A stretch of DNA of 63,853 nt, the filler included, from Octopus bimaculoides (lineage: Eukaryota), in assembly GCF_001194135.2 (NCBI RefSeq). It is 6 parts of 5 records of this genome, joined end to end, with 100 filler letters (N's around TTAATTAATTAA, not from the genome) between each part and the next. Parts side by side here need not be neighbours in the genome. Positions count along the whole stretch, not along the records: positions 50,462 to 56,501 come from NW_026420343.1; positions 56,602 to 61,322 come from NC_068981.1; positions 61,423 to 63,853 come from NC_068990.1; 3 more parts are not named here. One strand, 5' to 3'. Shown one piece after another: positions 55,916 to 63,853 of this stretch. The notes below the pieces were generated by a model. The model was not told where the DNA came from and made no database searches. It saw nothing but the letters and a program-made list of their open reading frames with translations. Position 1 is the first letter of the stretch, and each line of letters opens with the position of its first letter. A program made the translations under genes and the position numbers.

Positions 55916-56601
55916 CTTACTTGGAAAAGGATGCATGGCGTTCGATCATATAATAATATAAATAATATATAAATATGTGCATATATCCATGCATATATGT
56001 AAATACCTACTTGTATATGTATACATACATGCATATATGGGTACAGGACATCACACACACACAAAAAAAACGTTAAACACAATGAGAAACGAAAACATAA
56101 AGACGAAAACCGAAAACGAACTTTTTCGAACAACGAAAAAAAACAAACAAACAGAGAAACGAGACATGCAACATAAAGAGTATAACCCTTCGTCAGTTGT
56201 CCCTGTTCCATCTACTCTGCGTTTCGAAGGCAAGGACAATATGCGACTTCGTTGGAACAGTCCTTCCCGCAAAGCAAATTAAATAAAATTTGAAATTTTT
56301 ATATATATATCTATATCTAGCTACCTATATATAACTGATATATCAGCGGTGATAAATATTTCTAAATAGTAGGAAAAAGTTTGAATTAAGCAACTGTGTA
56401 GGTATACTAATTAGGCATATGAATATATACTTATCTTTGTGTATACATACATACACACACATACACATACATATGTACATATATATATATATATATATAT
56501 ANNNNNNNNNNNNNNNNNNNNNNNNNNNNNNNNNNNNNNNNNNNNTTAATTAATTAANNNNNNNNNNNNNNNNNNNNNNNNNNNNNNNNNNNNNNNNNNN
56601 N

Positions 56602-56800
56602 ATATTATGTTGCCGTGTGCTCGAACTCTGCAAGAAGTTAATAATTGTTTTTGACTAAAACACAACTGGGACCCTAAGTAAGGCATGTGTAAAATTTGAA
56701 TGAAATTGGTTGCGTAGTTCTCGAGTTTTAGGGATTCACACAGACAGACAGACAGACAGACAGACAGGCAGACACACATTCTCATTTTTATATATATAGA
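56602..56800 (-). mobile_element. Helitron 5' terminus fragment
   Basis: Minus strand A|TCTATATATATAAAAATGAGAATGTGTGTCTGCCTGTCTG; typical Helitron 5' end with a (CAGA)n array. Confidence 0.65.
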
Positions 56801-57014
56801 TATCTACATATCTGGCAAATTACCATATTGTATTTCAACGTCTTCAAAACTAAAAGCAAGCTCTCAATGATCGAACAACCTGCAAGCTCGTCGTTGCCAG
56901 GCAATTTTCGCAATAGAATGCTTTTATTTCAACTTTATTTTATTCGATGTCAGACTATATCTTCCCCGACAGATAGCCCTACTGATCAGGACGGATTTCT
57001 GCATTACTTCGGCC

Positions 57015-57250
57015 AATTTATAAGGTTTCGATTTTTGTTTTTCCATTTGGTGTATAGATGTAAAGATTTTTCTTACGTCCTACTCTTGAATATCCAACGT
57101 AAAGCTGACCATAGATGAAGCAGACCTCTTCAACTTGTAAACTGGCAATCGAAAATGTTTGTGCTTTGCGATTTGTAGATGGTCATGCCAAAATCAAGAT
57201 TCACTGGAAATTGAAGTCGTTTGAATTGAAATGGGACATTGTCTCCTAAG
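57015..57250 (-). pseudogene. Helitron RepHel Pif1-family helicase C-terminal relic
   Basis: VPFQFKRLQFPVNLDFGMTIYKSQ / QTFSIASLQVEEVCFIYGQLYVGYSRVG / YIYTPNGKTK (Pif1 motifs V-VI), two frameshifts. Confidence 0.88.
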
Positions 57251-57464
57251 TCTTTGCGGCAGAGGTTCTTGAGCGCTTATTATCTAATCGTTGCACGTTG
57301 CATCCTGTGCTCAGATGTCTCCTGAGACCGTGCGACGAAGGCTCGTGTTCGTATATCATCTAGTCTATTCCTTCACCGTTCGCGTGTCTCCTGAACTCGC
57401 CGTTGATGCTTTGTAAGGATCTTTCGATTTTGTCAACCTAATGAAATTCCTAACACACATGCAT

Positions 57465-57850
<386 letters not shown>

Positions 57851-58664
57851 TATCTTTTATGTGACTCTCACAGAATTTGATAGTTGAAAATTAACTGAAA
57901 ATGTTCACATTTGGGCAATTTATGTAATTTTTCACGCAGAATCTGATTGTGAGATTCCTTCAGGAGCTATATTTACATACCTTTAACGTTACCATAAACA
58001 AATTTGAAAGATATATATATATATATATTCGACAGGCTTCTTTNNNNNNNNNNNNNNNNNNNNNNNNNNNNNNNNNNNNNNNNNNNNNNNNNNNNNNNNN
58101 NNNNNNNNNNNNNNNNNNNNNNNNNNNNNNNNNNNNNNNNNNNNNNNNNNNNNNNNNNNNNNNNNNNNNNNNNNNNNNNNNNNNNNNNNNNNNNNNNNNN
58201 NNNNNNNNNNNNNNNNNNNNNNNNNNNNNNNNNNNNNNNNNNNNNNNNNNNNNNNNNNNNNNNNNNNNNNNNNNNNNNNNNNNNNNNNNNNNNNNNNNNN
58301 NNNNNNNNNNNNNNNNNNNNNNNNNNNNNNNNNNNNNNNNNNNNNNNNNNNNNNNNNNNNNNNNNNNNNNNNNNNNNNNNNNNNNNNNNNNNNNNNNNNN
58401 NNNNNNNNNNNNNNNNNNNNNNNNNNNNNNNNNNNNNNNNNNNNNNNNNNNNNNNNNNNNNNNNNNNNNNNNNNNNNNNNNNNNNNNNNNNNNNNNNNNN
58501 NNNNNNNNNNNNNNNNNNNNNNNNNNNNNNNNNNNNNNNNNNNNNNNNNNNNNNNNNNNNNNNNNNAATATATAAATTAGTACCATATTATGCCACTTAT
58601 GATTGACAGTTGACTGGACACTATTCAGTTTTTTTTCTCCGTGTTTTTCTCCTTGTCTCCGTAT

Positions 58665-58701
58665 TCTTTCTGTTGAAGAGCGTAGCTCGAAACGTCAAAG
58701 A
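58665..58701 (+). ncRNA. Minimal (Penelope-type) hammerhead-like motif, A6U
   Basis: UCUUU-CUGUUGA-A-GAGC GUA GCUC-GAA-ACGU-C-AAAGA. Palindromic loopless helix III. Confidence 0.65.
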
Positions 58702-59669
58702 CTTTCCGTATTCCCGAGCGTCATACTAATACATTCTTTTGTTATTTACACCACATGTCCTCGCCTGTTGTTTTTTCGTATATTCTCCCATATATATATA
58801 TATATATATATATATTACGTGTTGCGAGAATTTGAAGCTTGATCATTTCAATAAATGGTTCCAGTCCAACTTTAAAGGACATCACATAATTACATTCATA
58901 ACACATCGATTTCGTATACTGAAATTTATGGAAATCATGTGAATGAGTTTGAAATGTAAAAAGATGTAGTTTCGTTCATCTAGGTTCTTGTGTAAGCCAT
59001 TAATCTCACATACACTTATATAAACTATACATTTAATTCCTTCTTTCATTTCATACAGGACCTTTAAACTGTAACTGTTAGTAATTAATGCCACATTGAG
59101 AACATTAGACATGCTACGAGCCACCTATAGATCAATTTTTATCTCTTTGACGAAATAGAATTGATTTCCTATATGCCGTTAATAACTCAGAAGAAAGTAG
59201 AAATCTTGTACAACCTGATTTCGCCGTGGCTGAGTTCACTGAGTTTACATAGCATGTGCCTCAGGATGAAATTTTTATAAAGCTTCATCTACTTTTTGTC
59301 ACATTACATTACAACAGCAAATATGTGTTTGCTTTGTTTGAAAAGTAGTAATATTTCGTACGGAAAATGTTAAGTGCTTGCGCTAAATTTCCCAGAAAAT
59401 GTCAATACACTGATTAATGGTAACATTTTGAAAACAATCCAAGAAGTTGACATACAAATAACAATTTATGCTTAGATTCTTAGAGATTATATCATAACTT
59501 TCAGTTGCAACGTTGCAGATATTTCCAAATATAAAGAATTATTTTTAGAAAATAAAGTCTTGTATTAGACTAATGCGTGTATTTGCTTGTAAACACCCAT
59601 ACTCATCTATGTATATATTGTATAACCATCTGTTTACATTCATACGCGTGTGAATGGAGGAAGCATGTG

Positions 59670-60258
59670 TGTGGTCATGTGTGTAGATAGATACAAACAC
59701 ACAACTTCACTGTGTCCCTGTCATTTTTACTTGCCTCTCCTTAATTCTTTTGTCCCTCTGCCTCTACCCCTCTCTCTTCTCTTTCCACGTGACCGGTGTT
59801 CGGCCAAGCCTGAACTTTCTTTCTTGGGCGGCCGTTGTGCATGCAGCATCGTTATTCCCCACTGTACCTGTGAAATCTTTATTTCCATACACGCCAGCTT
59901 AATTTAATTCGCCCTTAGTCGAAAGACATCTGTTGTTATGTCCTGTTATTATTCCTACTGTATTTGTGTAACGTTGTTGGGTTTTTTTCCGTCCTTGTTT
60001 TTGTATACATTGGCTGCTTTCTTCCAAGGAATCTAATGCTCTTAGCTTAGTTCTTCCTTGGCTGGCCAGATTGGAGCAATATCGAGAATAACCAGCCGAA
60101 ATTGCAAGGATAATCTGGATCTCGACTGAAGAAAGAAAACTCCGAATGACCTGTCCGTGTTTTCTTTGTATCGTCTATCTGGATGTTTTGTCCCTTTCTT
60201 GTATCACCTAACTCTCTGGATGTTTTGCGTTCTTGTTCCATTCTGTATTATATATATA
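59670..60258 (+). mobile_element. Structured interspersed repeat ending in (TA)n and carrying hammerhead core elements
   Basis: GC-richer block with several perfect helices (ccaaggaa/ttccttgg 60024-60061; ggctgg/ccagcc; tcgaga/tctcga) and CTGAAGA at 60126. Confidence 0.5.
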
Positions 60259-60673
60259 NNNNNNNNNNNNNNNNNNNNNNNNNNNNNNNNNNNNNNNNNN
60301 NNNNNNNNNNNNNNNNNNNNNNNNNNNNNNNNNNNNNNNNNNNNNNNNNNNNNNNNNNNNNNNNNNNNNNNNNNNNNNNNNNNNNNNNNNNNNNNNNNNN
60401 NNNNNNNNNNNNNNNNNNNNNNNNNNNNNNNNNNNNNNNNNNNNNNNNNNNNNNNNNNNNNNNNNNNNNNNNNNNNNNNNNNNNTATATATAATCATAAA
60501 TATACAGGGATTAGCAGGAGCCTGCTTCTCCAACATACTGAGAATTCAGAAATAGCAGTCAAAGAACTACTGATTCTAAACTACAAATTTTTTCTCTTAC
60601 GGATGGCGATATTTATGGCACACACAGAACAGAAAACAGAAGAGAAGAGTAAAAACAAACCTGCCTTTAGTTA

Positions 60674-60735
60674 ATTGGGTACGACGTTTCACGGTTAAGG
60701 GTATGAAGTTCCCTATTCCGATCTTCAGCCTCAAT
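60674..60735 (-). ncRNA. Type I hammerhead ribozyme candidate with intact core
   Basis: AUUG(A)GG-CUGAAGA-UCGG AAU AGGG AACUUCAUA CCCU UAA CCGU-GAA-AC GUC GU-A-CCCAAU. Predicted cleavage after GUA at 60680. Confidence 0.72.
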
Positions 60736-60861
60736 ATTCGAATAAATTTGCTAGTGTCTAATAACTCACGTGAATTTTGACCATGTGACATCAAGACCAC
60801 ATTCAAGTGTATGTGAAAACAAATAGACAAATATAGTGGAAATATATTGGAAATAAATATA

Positions 60862-61080
60862 CAGGACTGGCCAAAAGTCTCCCGACAGTTAATCAAAATT
60901 TCATAAATACTAACTGTAATTTTTTAAAAATGTGTCGCTCAAGAAGGACTTCAGTTTGAACAATTTTCATGATATTTCATATTCAAATGCTTTTGTTAAA
61001 TTCATTCAGTTGTTAAACATAAATATATCTTGGAATTAAATGATTTTGATTTATTGTCAGATGACTTTTCGCCAGCCCTG
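60862..61080. mobile_element. Tc1-type MITE
   Basis: TIRs caggactggccaaaagtctcccgaca / tgtcagatgacttttcgccagccctg; TA at 60860-60861. Confidence 0.8.
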
Positions 61081-61531
61081 AATATGCAATTAAATAGTAT
61101 TCTACAATAGGTATTTCAAATCTATTCCACTGGAATTTTCATCCGCAGGTAATGCCGAATGTAAATAACCAACTTCTCTTTGGAGAAATCCATATCAAAA
61201 TAGCTAAATGTTTACAGTTCAATTAAAGAATGTGTATTTTTCACACGCACACACGCACACACATATCTAGATATATTTATAAATATATATTAGTATAGTA
61301 TATATATATATATATATATTAGNNNNNNNNNNNNNNNNNNNNNNNNNNNNNNNNNNNNNNNNNNNNTTAATTAATTAANNNNNNNNNNNNNNNNNNNNNN
61401 NNNNNNNNNNNNNNNNNNNNNNATATATATACATACATACACATACACATATATATATTTATTTAAATACATACATATTCACACACAAATATATATATAC
61501 ATATATGCATACAAACACATTTATATATGTG

Positions 61532-61571
<40 letters not shown>

Positions 61572-62509
61572 TTTAGCTTTAAGTATCTTTAAACTAGCTC
61601 TCAATATTTCTTTGGAAATTTGTATATGGGACTTTCTTATATTTTTTCCTTAACTTTTTTCTTCCTTAAAATCTATTGAACAGGCATATAACTGAACGGG
61701 CAGCTGTTGTGTTATACATAATTAAATTGTGTTTGTCAACTAGATAAGTCAGAGTTTTTTAGATTTAAGTAGCATAAAACTAGTTGTTATTGATATCTCT
61801 ATGGAAATATGTACTTGAGATCTTTCTTGTTTTCAATCTGTAAATCAGTCAGTCATTTGAGCTGTATGGCCGCCAGTTATGTTAAACAAACAAATTGCAT
61901 TTGTTTTAACCATGTTAGCCATAACTACTGAAGTTTGATTTTTACAAGCAGGTAACCCTCGACTTATCAGGTAAAGATATCTGCTAGGCTGGTTATGGTG
62001 GGGCTTAACTCTCTGAATGTAGTGATTGATTTAGAGTAATTCAAAAAGAGAGTGAAAAATAAAGCAAAAGAAAATAGTCAGTTGAACTGGATGTTCAGAA
62101 CATGTAGATGCAGAATTTTCTATTAAGGTATCTTAATAAGAATTTCAGATAATTCTTTTAGGGTGTATATATTATATATATTTACACATAGATAGAGATA
62201 TATATGTATACATAGATACATCTACATATATATATATATATACATATATATATAGAGAGAGAGAGAAAGACAGACAGACAGACAGAGAGCAAGATATATA
62301 GATAGATAGATACATACACACACACACCCATACACACACACACACATACACACTTGTGTGTGTGTAGAGTCAGAGCATGTAGATACATTTTCTATTTTCA
62401 AAGGTATTTGTGATATAAAGAAAGTGAAATAACTTCAATGACTCAACTTTCAAAGAGACTAACATCCACAGAAATAGAAATCTGGCAAAGAATCTACGTG
62501 TTTGTCACA

Positions 62510-62533
62510 GATAATAATAATAATAATAATAAC

Positions 62534-62582
<49 letters not shown>

Positions 62583-62625
62583 TTGATAATAATAATGATA
62601 ATACTTAAAAACAAGCAAAAAGGAA
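62510..62625. repeat. (AAT)n microsatellite
   Basis: Direct observation. Confidence 0.95.
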
Positions 62626-62704
62626 ATTGATTAGTGTAACAAGCAAACAAAAAAATACAAACTGACAAAATAATGGTTTAAAAAAGAAAAAAAAAACAGT
62701 ATTC

Positions 62705-63045
62705 AAAAATATACTTGGGAAAATAAAAAGGAAAATCACTCCATGTCTAATAGCCTGCAAGACTTGATAGAAAGAAAGTAAGCCAGAATGGAAGCCAACA
62801 ATGGATCAAAAGATCTTGGTTAAAAGCAGAAACAGAAGGTCTAATTTTAGGTGACTGTACTGAAAGAATGGCTAATCACAAAGAGCTACTACAGTAAAAT
62901 AATGCAAAAAGTTGCAAATATCAAGTGCAGACTATGCAACAAGTAATGAGATGGTTTGAATGCATTATATCAAGTTGCCCAGTTCTTGCCAAATTCGATA
63001 TTCAAAGTACAGTAGAGAAGGCTAGCCACTGGATTTGGTTAAAAA
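62705..63045 (+). mobile_element. R4/Dong-like non-LTR retrotransposon fragment (post-RT zinc knuckle)
   Basis: WLKAETEGLIL, KCRLCNK...ECIISSCPVLAK (CCHC-like knuckle). Confidence 0.7.
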
Positions 63046-63464
63046 GAAATGATGATCGATGGCTAGAGAACTATTGAGCTTTGTTTTTAATAACCAGTTG
63101 ATCTAGCAAGCAGGTCCTTATATCCGTGAGGAGGGCCGGTGCGCATTGATGCCGTCAAGAGGTAGGCACCGAAACGGCATGCATTCTCTCCTGATGACAC
63201 CATACACTTGCTGGCTTCCGGTATGCGGAGTTCTCGACTGGTAGCACTTGCATGTGCGAGTCGTTTGCAAAACTTCAAACACAATTGAGTTAGCTGTGTG
63301 TCCACTGAGCAATATTATGACACTCCGATGAAAAAACAGTGATGTGAAAGATGTACTGAACAGGACAATATTTTTGTCACAATCATCTGAGTCCAGTGTT
63401 TTCAGAATAACAAGAAGATCAAAGGAGACCTTCCAGGTTATCAAGAACTGGAATGAAAATATCT

Positions 63465-63846
63465 ATGGATTTTTTCTAGTGCATGTGATGGCACCTGTTC
63501 CCAGCGTCGCCTTTCTGGCACTTGTGCCCGTAGCATGTGTAAGGACTTTCGAGCGAGATCGTTGCCAGTGCCCGTGGACTGGCTCTTGTGCGGGTAGCAC
63601 ATAAAATACACCATTTTGAGTGTGGCCATTGCCAGTACCGCCTGACTGGCCTTCGTGCCGGTGGCACGTAAAAGCCCCCACTACACTCTTGGAGTGGTTG
63701 GCGTTAGGAAGGGCATCCAGCTGTAGAAACTCTGCCAAATCAGATTGGAGCCTGGTGTAGCCATCTGGTTTCACCAGTCCTCAGTCAAATCGTCCAACCC
63801 ATGCTAGCATGGAAAGCGGACGTTAAACGATGATGATGATGATAGA
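63465..63846 (+). mobile_element. SINE/LINE-related 3' end with (GAT)n tail
   Basis: GC-rich block with ggttggcgttaggaagggcatccagctgtagaaac and ccatgctagcatggaaagcggacgttaaac(gat)n. Confidence 0.75.
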
Positions 63847-63853
63847 TACAATT

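Noticed and set aside
63170-63205. GAAAC...CTGATGA as a type II hammerhead
   Set aside because: Helix II strands are direct repeats (cacc/cacc), not complementary, and there is no helix I.
63060-63460. GC-richer block with overlapping ORFs 63087-63305 and 63118-63444
   Set aside because: No recognisable motif in any frame; probably a retroelement fragment but cannot be supported.

Overview
AT-rich eukaryotic genomic window with many N gaps. The very high microsatellite density and the tRNA-derived SINE families suggest an octopus/cephalopod assembly (inference). No protein-coding gene can be supported. Almost all ORFs in the track are microsatellite, low-complexity or gap read-through products, or decayed transposon pieces. 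The window is mainly a transposable-element graveyard: three mariner/Tc1 transposase relics, one maT/DD37D-like element, two TA-flanked MITEs, Helitron-derived elements (one keeping a Pif1-helicase C-terminal fragment), RTE-, HERO/NeSL- and R4/Dong-like LINE fragments, many SINEs (including a TSD-flanked dimer) and a 72-bp minisatellite. The most interesting signal is five hammerhead-ribozyme-like motifs (24151-24217 -, 24364-24403 +, 58665-58701 +, 60076-60146 +, 60674-60735 -). They have unrelated flanks and all lie within about 200 nt of (TA)n tracts. One has a fully intact catalytic core and one has the core pieces in register but in permuted order. All folds were done by eye; no search or folding program was run.
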